This document shows positions 1 to 8,471 of a DNA stretch of 64,000 nucleotides, piece by piece. Below the pieces are notes generated by a model. The model was given only the letters and a program-made list of their open reading frames with translations. It did not search any database and had not been told where the DNA came from. Location of the stretch: positions 24,817 to 88,816 of the IMG/VR virus record IMGVR_UViG_3300030329_006606; one strand, written 5' to 3'. Each line of letters opens with the position of its first letter. Within the stretch, counting starts at the first letter, position 1. The DNA comes from a virus. Both the position numbers and the translations under genes were made by a program.

Positions 1-1230
1 AACGGTACTCCAGCGTTAGACTCAAGGATAATTAATATCCGAGATATAAACTCTAAAGAAGAATACGACAAATTCATGATGGAGGAGATTAATGAATACG
101 TCACTACAGAATACGCGTTAGTATTCCAATCAGACGGCTTCATACTTAACCCAAACGCGTGGGACGAAGAATACCTAAAGTACGATTATATAGGAGCACC
201 GTGGGGCTACCCGGGGAACAAAGGAGTCGGTAACGGGGGCTTCAGTTTAAGGAGTAAAAAATTACTAGAAGAATGCGCAAACGCCACATTCGAAAGAGAG
301 TATGGCGGCTTAGAAAATCAAGAGGACATGCAAATCTGTGTTAAGCACAGAAAATATTTTGAATCGAAAGGTATAAAGTACGCCCCCAAAGAACTTGCAG
401 CCAAATTTAGCATAGAAGGAAACCCAGAAAACGACAGAATATGGACTCATCAATTTGGCTTTCATGACCTAGAGCAAACAGATACTAGTAATTTCATTAT
501 CCCAAACAAAGAAGTAAAGTTCAACGTATTCTACAAGTACAGCGATAAGGGTAAAAGCTCTCAAGTAGACAAGAAAACTATCTTTAAGAACTTTATAAGA
601 CTATTCGGATCACAAAACTTACGAGTGCTGCTCGACAACTCCACAAAAGAATCCCTCGAATTTTTTAAAGGGTATTGCCCCGAAAAAATAATTGAAACTA
701 AACTAGGTAACTCTGCGGCATGCATCCACATATTCGACCAGATAAAAAATCTTGAAGACCACGAAATAGTTTACATATGTGAGGATGACTACCTTCACGC
801 AAGCCAACATTGTAAGGCTCTAATCATAGAAGGCTTACATATTTCTGATTACGTAACTCTCTACGATCACGGAGATAAATACAATCCACCCCATAACCAG
901 AAAGACCCGACTATCAACCCTCAAGTTTCAGAGGGTGGCGAAATGTCTAGAGTATTACTTACTGGAAACTCCCACTGGAAAACCACCAATTCCACCACCA
1001 TGACTTTCGCCGCAAAAGTAAAAACAATAAAAGAAGACTACAAAATCCTTCGGAAATACTGCGAAGAAAATAAATTACCAAACGATATCCCAAATGATTA
1101 TGAGATGTGGCAAGAACTCATCAAGTCTGGGAGAAAACTTGTAAGCTCCCTACCGGGGAGATCAACCCACCTTTGCCCTAATCAAAATTATTCACCATTA
1201 ATCCGTTGGGACATGGTAGCGGAAGCATGA
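1..1230 (+). CDS. DUF5672-like domain fused to a GT-A-like glycosyltransferase domain (5' truncated by window)
   Basis: Frame is open from base 1. FQSDGF...YDYIGAPW...VGNGGFSLRS...EDMQIC...FGFH resembles DUF5672. The second half has a YICEDDYLH acidic motif and YVTLYDH, as in phage GT-A-like proteins. Confidence 0.7.
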   Translation, partial: NGTPALDSRIINIRDINSKEEYDKFMMEEINEYVTTEYALVFQSDGFILNPNAWDEEYLKYDYIGAPWGYPGNKGVGNGGFSLRSKKLLEECANATFEREYGGLENQEDMQICVKHRKYFESKGIKYAPKELAAKFSIEGNPENDRIWTHQFGFHDLEQTDTSNFIIPNKEVKFNVFYKYSDKGKSSQVDKKTIFKNFIRLFGSQNLRVLLDNSTKESLEFFKGYCPEKIIETKLGNSAACIHIFDQIKNLEDHEIVYICEDDYLHASQHCKALIIEGLHISDYVTLYDHGDKYNPPHNQKDPTINPQVSEGGEMSRVLLTGNSHWKTTNSTTMTFAAKVKTIKEDYKILRKYCEENKLPNDIPNDYEMWQELIKSGRKLVSSLPGRSTHLCPNQNYSPLIRWDMVAEA

Positions 1231-2387
1231 AAAAAGTAATTATAACAGGTGTCACAGGTCAAGACGGAAGCCTGATGGCTGATTACTTACTAGGCAACTT
1301 TAAAGATGTTCATGTATATGGCGCCGTAAGAAGGCTGAGCGTAAGCAATCACGAAAACATAAAACATTTAAAAGATGAAGAAAGATTTGAGACTTTTGAT
1401 TTCGACTTATCAGACCCTCACTCAATAAGGAATTGCATACAAGAAATTAAGCCAGATTATTTTGTAAATTTCGCAGCACAATCATTCGTTGGCGTAAGCT
1501 GGGAAATCCCCAGACAAACATTCACAGTTGACGCAGTTGCTGTATTAGACATCCTTGAAGCAATTAGAAAATTCGCACCCGAATGCAGGTTTTACAACGC
1601 GGGCAGCAGTGAAGAGTTTGGAGACGTTCAATACTCTCCTCAAGATGAAGAGCACCCACTTAGACCAAGGAGCCCCTATGGGGCCGCAAAAGCTGCAGCC
1701 CGACACATAGTAAAGGTATATAGGGAATCATACAACCTATTCGCAATACAAGGCTGGCTATTTAACCACGAAGGTGTTCGCAGGGGTGAAGAGTTTGTTA
1801 CGAGAAAAATAACAAAAGGTGTCGCTAGGATTTACAAAGAAGTACACAACCTAGAAAGATGGAAATACCACAACGATGAACCCTTAAATATAGAACCGAT
1901 AGTCCTCGGCAACCTAGATACATACAGAGACTGGAGTGACGCCGAAGATTTCGTGCACGGAGTATGGCTCATGCTAAACGCCTCAGAACCTAAAGAATAT
2001 GTACTAGCAAGCGGCGAAACTCACTCAATAAGAGAATTCGTAGAAAAAGCGTTTAAACAAGTTCATTTAGCATGCGCTTGGGACAACCCAACAGGAGAAC
2101 CTGACGACGAGGGGTACGACCCCATGGAAGAGAAGTATATATACCTACGGCAGAATCGCAACGAAACAGAATACATTCCGCTAGTCACGGTTAGCCCACT
2201 ATTTTACAGGCCCAACGAAGTCAACCTACTACAAGGAGATCCCTCTAAAATAATAAAAGAACTGGAGTACAACAGAAAACCGTCACTAGACATGCTTGTT
2301 TACTCAATGCTCCACGCAGACCTTAAAGATTACTTCCCCCATGGTATACCAGCATTCAAGCCCGAATTCTACGATGACGGAATATAA
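1227..2387 (+). CDS. gmd: GDP-mannose 4,6-dehydratase
   Basis: ITGVTGQDGS Rossmann motif, AAQSFV, SSEEFG, PRSPYGAAK (YxxxK), LFNHE, FVTRKIT, LGNLD..RDW, YRPNEV. ATG 1227 overlaps the upstream stop (ATGA). Confidence 0.95.
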   Translation: MKKVIITGVTGQDGSLMADYLLGNFKDVHVYGAVRRLSVSNHENIKHLKDEERFETFDFDLSDPHSIRNCIQEIKPDYFVNFAAQSFVGVSWEIPRQTFTVDAVAVLDILEAIRKFAPECRFYNAGSSEEFGDVQYSPQDEEHPLRPRSPYGAAKAAARHIVKVYRESYNLFAIQGWLFNHEGVRRGEEFVTRKITKGVARIYKEVHNLERWKYHNDEPLNIEPIVLGNLDTYRDWSDAEDFVHGVWLMLNASEPKEYVLASGETHSIREFVEKAFKQVHLACAWDNPTGEPDDEGYDPMEEKYIYLRQNRNETEYIPLVTVSPLFYRPNEVNLLQGDPSKIIKELEYNRKPSLDMLVYSMLHADLKDYFPHGIPAFKPEFYDDGI

Positions 2388-2389
2388 GG

Positions 2390-2417
2390 TTGACTCACTA
2401 AAAAACCCTGATACACT
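2390..2417 (+). promoter_or_regulatory. sigma70-like promoter TTGACT-N16-TACACT, 6 nt before GTG 2424
   Basis: Intergenic; same architecture as five other promoters in this arm. Confidence 0.6.
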
Positions 2418-2423
2418 ATAATA

Positions 2424-2816
2424 GTGGCTTACTCTAACAAGAAAGTAAAAAACAAATTTCAATTTCTTGTATGGAGGTTTCTAGTGGAACCAGAAAAATG
2501 CAGTTGGCCCAAAGAAATTAAGATAGCTAAAACATTATTTTCAAAATACCCAAACTTTATGTTTTGGAAATGGTTAGAGCTAATCAATAAACATGGGTAT
2601 AAATATAAGGTTAATTCCTTAGCGTATTTTTTAACAGAAAAAGGTAAAGTACTAGTGCATAATAAGTATGTGTTTTACAGAAACTTTAAAAATACAGGGA
2701 TATATAATCCCAAAAAAATAAATCTAGAAGACAAGAAGATAGGTAAAGATAAGAAGGTAAATAAAAAATTTAAATTATTTGATTTTATTCGTTATGGCAA
2801 GAAAGAAAAAAACTGA
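2424..2816 (+). CDS. hypothetical basic protein
   Basis: 130-aa Lys-rich ORF directly after a promoter and overlapping the recA start; no recognised motif. Confidence 0.6.
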   Translation: MAYSNKKVKNKFQFLVWRFLVEPEKCSWPKEIKIAKTLFSKYPNFMFWKWLELINKHGYKYKVNSLAYFLTEKGKVLVHNKYVFYRNFKNTGIYNPKKINLEDKKIGKDKKVNKKFKLFDFIRYGKKEKN

Positions 2817-3894
2817 TACAGAAGAAGGTAAATCCCCCTTAGGTCAGATACAGACCTACCTAGAGCAAAACAAGGCGGATCATTATAACTTTGAAGAAGA
2901 AAGAAGTTATGTAGTTTCGAGCGGAAGCTTACTCTTGGATATAGAAATGGGTGGTGGTATTGGCCCCGGGATCATCCGAGCCTCAGGAATAACAGAGGGA
3001 GGTAAAACATCCTGCGCCCTTTCCTTTGCTAAAAATTTCCAGAAGATGGATAATGCTATGGTAGTCTACATTAAATCAGAAGGCAGACTCTCTCAAGAGA
3101 TGCTTGAAAGATCTGGTGTAGATACAAACGAAGACAAATGGTTCGTTTATAAAAGTAACGTTTATGAATCGGTTATTAACCTAATGAGGGAGTTAGTAAA
3201 GAATAATCCTGAGAACTATAAGTATATGTTTATTATAGATTCAATGGATTCCTTGGTTCCAAAAAATGACCTAGAGAAACCACCCGAAGAAGCAAACAAG
3301 GTGGCTGGCGGAGCATTACTTAGCGCAGACTTTCTCCGCAAAATGGCCCTAGGACTAACAACCCGCGGCCACATATGTTATATGGTGTCACAAGTAAGAA
3401 GCAAAGTTTCCATAAACCCTTACGAGAAAGTAGATGCTCGCGTAACAAATGCCTCAGGAGGCAACGCATTACTACACTACAGTGACTGGATTATTGAATT
3501 TCAAGAAAGACACCTGAAAGATATTATAAGCACCCAACCTCAAGGCAAAGGCGATCTCTTAGGCCACTGGTGTAAGGTTGTATTTAAAAAGAGCCCGAAC
3601 GAAAAAACGGGCACCATGGTCAGATACCCTATTAGATATGGCCGAACAGATGGAAAGAGTATATGGGTCGAGTATGAAGTAGTAGACATGATGTTGCAGT
3701 GGGACATGGCCTCAGCCAGAGGAGCGTGGGTTACGATCTCTGACGAAGTGGTAGAAGAAGTGCAAGAAAAAACAGGTCAAGAATTTAAAAAACAACACCA
3801 AGGTATGGACAACTTCAGGAAATACCTTGAAGAGAACAAGGAGATAGGTAAACATCTTTTTTATAAATTTAGAGATGTTTTGAAAAAGTCTTAA
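2794..3894 (+). CDS. recA: RecA/UvsX-like recombinase
   Basis: SSGSLLLDIEMGGG, Walker A GITEGGKTS, Walker B IIDSMD, SQVR, SGGNALLHYS. Divergent phage-type sequence; ATG 2794 preferred over TTG 2779. Confidence 0.85.
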   Translation: MARKKKTDTEEGKSPLGQIQTYLEQNKADHYNFEEERSYVVSSGSLLLDIEMGGGIGPGIIRASGITEGGKTSCALSFAKNFQKMDNAMVVYIKSEGRLSQEMLERSGVDTNEDKWFVYKSNVYESVINLMRELVKNNPENYKYMFIIDSMDSLVPKNDLEKPPEEANKVAGGALLSADFLRKMALGLTTRGHICYMVSQVRSKVSINPYEKVDARVTNASGGNALLHYSDWIIEFQERHLKDIISTQPQGKGDLLGHWCKVVFKKSPNEKTGTMVRYPIRYGRTDGKSIWVEYEVVDMMLQWDMASARGAWVTISDEVVEEVQEKTGQEFKKQHQGMDNFRKYLEENKEIGKHLFYKFRDVLKKS

Positions 3895-3908
3895 TCTATG
3901 TGTATAAT
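3880..3908 (+). promoter_or_regulatory. probable tmRNA promoter TTGAAA-N17-TATAAT
   Basis: Perfect TATAAT at 3903-3908, 7 nt before the tmRNA 5' G at 3916. Confidence 0.6.
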
Positions 3909-3915
3909 ATTTTAT

Positions 3916-4342
3916 GGGAGCGTACTGGATTCGATTTAGAACCTTACGCCAGATTGCAAGCAGAGGATAATGGTTGGCCTCTTAAAACATCCATTAAAAA
4001 ATCCAAATGCCAATGATACCATTGACATGGAGATGGCCCCTTCGCTAGCCGAAGCTGACGCGATCCTCGCTAAGTTCGGTTATGTTGAAGAGGAAACTCT
4101 CCAACTAGCAGCTTAAGTTCTGCTACGTCCTACTCTGGATGCTCGTTAAAGAGATAGGGCGACGACAGCGAGCAAAACACTGGTTGAGTCTGGTTGAGTC
4201 TCCAGTAGTTTAAAAAAAGATAGACCAAACCTTACGTGAAGTCGTCGGCCACGGACACGTATTGAATTAGGCCGACTAAGCTTGTAGTACATTTGAGCCG
4301 ATGGCTTTAAAGACGCGGGTTCGACTCCCGCCGCTTCCACCA
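3916..4342 (+). ncRNA. ssrA: tmRNA; tag ORF 4009-4116 encodes (A)ANDTIDMEMAPSLAEADAILAKFGYVEEETLQLAA*
   Basis: 5' GGGAGCG pairs with 3' CGCTTCC-ACCA including the G3.U alanine identity pair. GGATTCGA D-loop analogue, GCGGGTTCGACTCCCGC T-arm, pk1-like GAGG..ATGG TTGG CCTC..CCAT, and a tag ending in LAA-stop. Confidence 0.95.
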
Positions 4343-4351
4343 ATTTAAATT

Positions 4352-4873
4352 ATGGCTCATCCACAACAGGCAGAATTCTGCAATAAGGTTAAGGCGCTTT
4401 TCCCAAACCACTTTACTGGTGTCAACGTCTTAGATTGCGGCTCCCAAGATATTAACGGCAACAACAGATATTTATTTGAAAATTCTCAATACCTCGGGAT
4501 AGACTTAGGCGAAGGACGAAACGTAGACGTAGTTTGCCCTATGTCTAAGTTTAAATCTGATTCTGGATATCAGACGATTATTTCCACAGAAGCTTTTGAA
4601 CACGACAAAGACTTCGACGCCAGTTTAAAAAATATTTTAAACCTCCTACTTCCCGGGGGCCTATTCCTAATGACTTGCGCTGGCCACGGTAGACAAGAAC
4701 ATGGCACTCATAGAACCACTGGGTCTGACTCACCATACACCTTAGATTTCTATCAAAACAGATACCCCGAAGACTTCAGTAAAGCTATTGACCTATACAA
4801 AGAATTTAAAAAATTCTCCTTTGAATACAACAGCGAAACCCGAGATTTATATTTTTGGGGATTAAAATACTAG
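4352..4873 (+). CDS. class I SAM-dependent methyltransferase
   Basis: VLDCGSQDING, GIDLGEGRNVDVV, ISTEAFEH, LLPGG motifs. Confidence 0.8.
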   Translation: MAHPQQAEFCNKVKALFPNHFTGVNVLDCGSQDINGNNRYLFENSQYLGIDLGEGRNVDVVCPMSKFKSDSGYQTIISTEAFEHDKDFDASLKNILNLLLPGGLFLMTCAGHGRQEHGTHRTTGSDSPYTLDFYQNRYPEDFSKAIDLYKEFKKFSFEYNSETRDLYFWGLKY

Positions 4874-4879
4874 ATTTGC

Positions 4880-5296
4880 ATGAGACTATTCAATATACAC
4901 GGTCGCGCACAAAACAAGAATGTCGCAAAATACGCAATAGATTGGGATAAAAAATCTAAATCAAAATTGCAGAAAAGCGTTAAAGACTTCCTGAGACCCT
5001 ACTGGAAAGCCCACGTGGTATTCGAGGAGTTCCCAGTGTATGGAACTAGATTGAGGGTAGATTTTTTAAATGCAACAAACAAGATAGCCATAGAAGTTAA
5101 CGGCCCACAACACAATGCTTTTCATAAGTTTTTCCACGGTAACTCTAGAGCCAAATACCTTGAATCAATCAAGAGAGATATGCAAAAAGCTCAATGGTTA
5201 ACAGATAATAAATTCCACTTAGTGGAGTTAGAGGAAGAAGATATCTTAAATATGTCAAAGAAAACTTTTGAAGAGAAATTTAAGATTTCCCTTTAA
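4880..5296 (+). CDS. Vsr/DUF559-like endonuclease
   Basis: EEFPV..RVDF....IAIEVNGPQH...RD..K pattern. Confidence 0.7.
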   Translation: MRLFNIHGRAQNKNVAKYAIDWDKKSKSKLQKSVKDFLRPYWKAHVVFEEFPVYGTRLRVDFLNATNKIAIEVNGPQHNAFHKFFHGNSRAKYLESIKRDMQKAQWLTDNKFHLVELEEEDILNMSKKTFEEKFKISL

Positions 5297-5300
5297 AGTC

Positions 5301-5328
5301 TTGACTGAGATAAAAATTCAGCTATACT
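5301..5328 (+). promoter_or_regulatory. sigma70-like promoter TTGACT-N16-TATACT upstream of dnaB
   Basis: Intergenic; 10 nt before ATG 5339. Confidence 0.7.
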
Positions 5329-5338
5329 TTAAAGTAAG

Positions 5339-6823
5339 ATGGACTCAATTTATTCTATACAAGTAGAGAAGCATGTCTTAGGAGGGCTAATTAAAATTCC
5401 AAAATCCTTCGCGGACGTGGAGAAATACATCACGGAAAAAGACTTTGTCAATGAAGTTCATCAAACCGTTTTTCGTGTTCTCCGAGAAGTTATTTTAGAG
5501 AGAGGAACAGTAGACACGGTTATTCTTGCTGAGAAAATAAAAAATATAGGAATATCATTCAAGGATGACATTAATATTTACGACTACCTTGAGGCTATTT
5601 CTTTCAGCCAGATAACCTACAAAGCAATTATAGAAGCATCTCAAGAATTAAAGAAACTTACTGTACGTAGAGAGCTTTACCATAAGTGCGACGAAATTAA
5701 AAAATTTATCAAAGAGAACGGTGAAGAACAAATTGATGCAATCGTGAGCGAGGTGGACTCCCTGTATGGAGAACAACTCAGAACCTATGAGATAGAAGAT
5801 GAGCCAATCAATATATTCGAAACTATGAGAGACAATGTAGAAGAAAGAGGAAACAACCCACAAGACGACATGGGGATTCAAACCCCATACCCAGAATTTA
5901 ACAGATTATATGGTGGCCTTCGCCCCGGCAACCTCTACGCTATAGTAGCTAGACCGGGGCAAGGCAAAACAACTTGGTTAAATGACATCTGCTTTAAGAC
6001 AGCAAAGATGAATAAAATACCCGTTCTCATCTTGGATACAGAGATGAGTTCAATGGATATTCAATCCAGAATAGCCTCGGCACTCACAGGGGTTCCGCCT
6101 TGGTACATAGAAACAGGAAACTGGCGCAAAAATCCAGAGCTTATAGATAAAGTGAGAGAAGGACTGAAAAGCGTTCGCAATGAGAACCTCCATCACTTTT
6201 TCGTTGGTAATAAAAATATAGATCAAATTTGTTCTCTGGTAAGGCGCTGGCACTTGACTCACGTGGGCCGCGGAAACCCATTCGTGCTTGGTTATGACTA
6301 TGTTAAGCTTACCGGAGAGAAAGTTGGCAACAACTGGGGAGAACACCAAGCTATCGGTGACAAAATTGACAAGCTCAAGAAACTGTCAGAAGAGTTACAA
6401 TGCCCCCTAATCACAGCAATGCAACTAAATAGGTCCGGCGAAAACTTTAACCGCCGCGCGCAAGGTGTGGTGGATGATAGCTCTGCCATATCTTTGTCAG
6501 ATAGACTTCAGTGGTTTGCATCATTTGTTGCAATTTTTCGCCGAAAAGTTGTGGAAGAAATCGCTGAGGATGGAGAGCAATTCGGAACCCATAAGCTCAT
6601 ACCGCTTAAGACTAGGTTCCAAGGTAAAGACGCGGCCGGTCATCATGATATTGTCAGAAGGTTAGGTCAAGACGGAGAAGAACGTTGGGTGAATAATTAT
6701 TTAAATTTTAATTGTGAAAACTTTAATGTTCGAGAAATGGGCTCCCTAAGGGATGTAGACGCTAGAGCAAGAGAGCAATATCTAGTAGAAGGAGAAAATC
6801 CACATGACGGAGACGTAATATAA
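5339..6823 (+). CDS. dnaB: replicative DNA helicase, DnaB family
   Basis: N-terminal E..VLGGL..DF...HQ.VF, Walker A ARPGQGKT, DTEMS, YDYVKL, AMQLNR, K.R arginine finger. Confidence 0.9.
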   Translation: MDSIYSIQVEKHVLGGLIKIPKSFADVEKYITEKDFVNEVHQTVFRVLREVILERGTVDTVILAEKIKNIGISFKDDINIYDYLEAISFSQITYKAIIEASQELKKLTVRRELYHKCDEIKKFIKENGEEQIDAIVSEVDSLYGEQLRTYEIEDEPINIFETMRDNVEERGNNPQDDMGIQTPYPEFNRLYGGLRPGNLYAIVARPGQGKTTWLNDICFKTAKMNKIPVLILDTEMSSMDIQSRIASALTGVPPWYIETGNWRKNPELIDKVREGLKSVRNENLHHFFVGNKNIDQICSLVRRWHLTHVGRGNPFVLGYDYVKLTGEKVGNNWGEHQAIGDKIDKLKKLSEELQCPLITAMQLNRSGENFNRRAQGVVDDSSAISLSDRLQWFASFVAIFRRKVVEEIAEDGEQFGTHKLIPLKTRFQGKDAAGHHDIVRRLGQDGEERWVNNYLNFNCENFNVREMGSLRDVDARAREQYLVEGENPHDGDVI

Positions 6824-6824
6824 A

Positions 6825-7736
6825 ATGGACTACAAAGAAATATTATTAGACATGGGGTATTCGAACATAATCGATAACGGTAGAGAGTTAAGAACTAAGC
6901 CGATCTACCGCGACTCAAGCAGCAATACGGTTCTAAGCATCAGGAAAGACACCGGCCACTTCATTGATTTCAGCAAGCAAATCAGTGGATCATTCTTAGA
7001 ACTGGTTAAGATTTCCCAAGGGTTTAAGGATTACAAAGAAGCTCAAAACTATTTAGAAGATAAAGGCAGCGTCACAAGAAAAGTTATCCGTAAGCCTGAG
7101 GTGAAATCCCCAAAAGTTTTTCCCTCGGAATACTTATCAAAACTCCTACCAGATCATAGCTACTGGATTGACAGGGGTATAGAAAAATCAGTGTTAGAGG
7201 AATTCGGCGGCGGCCTTTGTAAGACGGGGAGTATGGAGGGCCGCTACGTATTCCCTATTTTAACCTCCAAGAATGAATTGATAGGAGTCTCCGGAAGAGA
7301 CGTGGAAAACAGGGAATCTAAACCAAAGTGGAAACATAAAGGTACTAAAGCTTTCTGGAAATACCCATTACAAATTAATTATAAGATTCTTAAAGAAAAG
7401 AAAGAAATCATACTTATCGAGAGTATCGGTGACGGTCTATCCCTCTGGCAAGCTGGCGTTAAGAATTTTATAGTCACATTCGGTTTAGATTTAAATACTA
7501 ATTTAGTTAATTTATTTTTAAAATTAGACCCCAAGAAAATATATATCTCATTCAATAATGATTCAAATAATAATAATGCAGGTAATTTAGCAGCAGAAAA
7601 AGCAAAGAAAAAATTATGTAAATATTTTGATCATAATCAAATCTCTATTAAATTACCTACAAAGAAAGATTTTGGAGAAATGAGTATGAAGGAGATAAAA
7701 GAATGGCAAATTAATACTTGCCAATCTGTAAAATAA
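6825..7736 (+). CDS. DNA primase (Toprim) with a Cys-less N-terminal domain
   Basis: YW..RGI, RYVFPI...G..GR, PKWK, ILIESIGD, ISFNND...AG..AA, KDFGE; directly follows dnaB. Confidence 0.8.
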   Translation: MDYKEILLDMGYSNIIDNGRELRTKPIYRDSSSNTVLSIRKDTGHFIDFSKQISGSFLELVKISQGFKDYKEAQNYLEDKGSVTRKVIRKPEVKSPKVFPSEYLSKLLPDHSYWIDRGIEKSVLEEFGGGLCKTGSMEGRYVFPILTSKNELIGVSGRDVENRESKPKWKHKGTKAFWKYPLQINYKILKEKKEIILIESIGDGLSLWQAGVKNFIVTFGLDLNTNLVNLFLKLDPKKIYISFNNDSNNNNAGNLAAEKAKKKLCKYFDHNQISIKLPTKKDFGEMSMKEIKEWQINTCQSVK

Positions 7737-7745
7737 TAATATAAT
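7718..7745 (+). promoter_or_regulatory. sigma70-like promoter TTGCCA-N16-TATAAT
   Basis: Overlaps the primase 3' end; 9 nt before ATG 7755. Confidence 0.6.
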
Positions 7746-7754
7746 ATTACTAAC

Positions 7755-7919
7755 ATGGCACTCAAAATACAAAAACAAGAACGTAAAACTGTAGATAAAA
7801 AAACTAGACAGGGCTGTAGCAACAACAGCAAAGGTATGAAGAAGTACAGAGGGCAAGGCGGACCAAGAAAAAGATGCCGCCAGTCTTGTAAGCCCGGAAG
7901 ACGGGGGGCTAAAAAATGA
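7755..7919 (+). CDS. small basic protein (54 aa) with KKTRQG...KKYRGQG motif; not in the ORF track
   Basis: Translated by hand: MALKIQKQERKTVDKKTRQGCSNNSKGMKKYRGQGGPRKRCRQSCKPGRRGAKK. It has its own promoter and an ATGA overlap with the next gene. Confidence 0.7.
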   Translation: MALKIQKQERKTVDKKTRQGCSNNSKGMKKYRGQGGPRKRCRQSCKPGRRGAKK

Positions 7920-8470
7920 GGCTAGATCATGTAGCTTACAGAGTTGAGAATAGGTATAGATCCGCTGGATTTTTTACCGAAGCTTTTGGTTATAAGCTTG
8001 GCACAGAATTTCAAATCGAATTTGATGATGGGTCCAAGGCGGACTGTCTAGCTCTTACGCCACCTGAAATAAGGCACCCAGACACAATGCTCTGGACTCA
8101 TCACGCTTTACACCCCGCACCCTACGAGACGATCAACGCAGAATACCATGCCCCACCCGAGATTTTCGTTAGTGATGGCAGCAAGGGGTCCATCGTGGGC
8201 GACTGGGTGGCAGAAAGAGGCGGAGTAGGGGGTATCCATCACATGGCATACCAAGTTGAGGACGTAGCGGCAATCATGAAAGAATGGAAAGAAAAAGGGT
8301 ACGCGGAGTTCTACTCTGAAGAACCTATAACCTGCAAAGATCCGGACTTAACACAGGTCTTCACCAAACCATCAGAACTTACAGGAGTAATATATGAATT
8401 CATTAACAGAGAAGGCGCTGGATTTTGCAAAGACAGCGTTAAGGAACTTATGCAAAGCACTAAGGAATAA
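7916..8470 (+). CDS. VOC-fold metalloenzyme resembling the C-terminal catalytic domain of HPPD
   Basis: LDHVAY, GGIHHMAYQV and YEFINREGAGF give a His/His/Glu triad; the tail mirrors HPPD FFEIIQR..GFG. Confidence 0.7.
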   Translation: MRLDHVAYRVENRYRSAGFFTEAFGYKLGTEFQIEFDDGSKADCLALTPPEIRHPDTMLWTHHALHPAPYETINAEYHAPPEIFVSDGSKGSIVGDWVAERGGVGGIHHMAYQVEDVAAIMKEWKEKGYAEFYSEEPITCKDPDLTQVFTKPSELTGVIYEFINREGAGFCKDSVKELMQSTKE

Positions 8471-8471
8471 T

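Noticed and set aside
4146-4343. 65-aa minus-strand ORF, or a tRNA call at 4290-4342
   Set aside because: It is the antisense of the tmRNA 3' end; the T-arm and CCA belong to the tmRNA.
7891-7916. GC-rich hairpin AGCCCG-GAAGA-CGGGGGGCT as a terminator or attenuator
   Set aside because: Followed by an A-run rather than a U-run, the stem is bulged, and it lies within a coding region.
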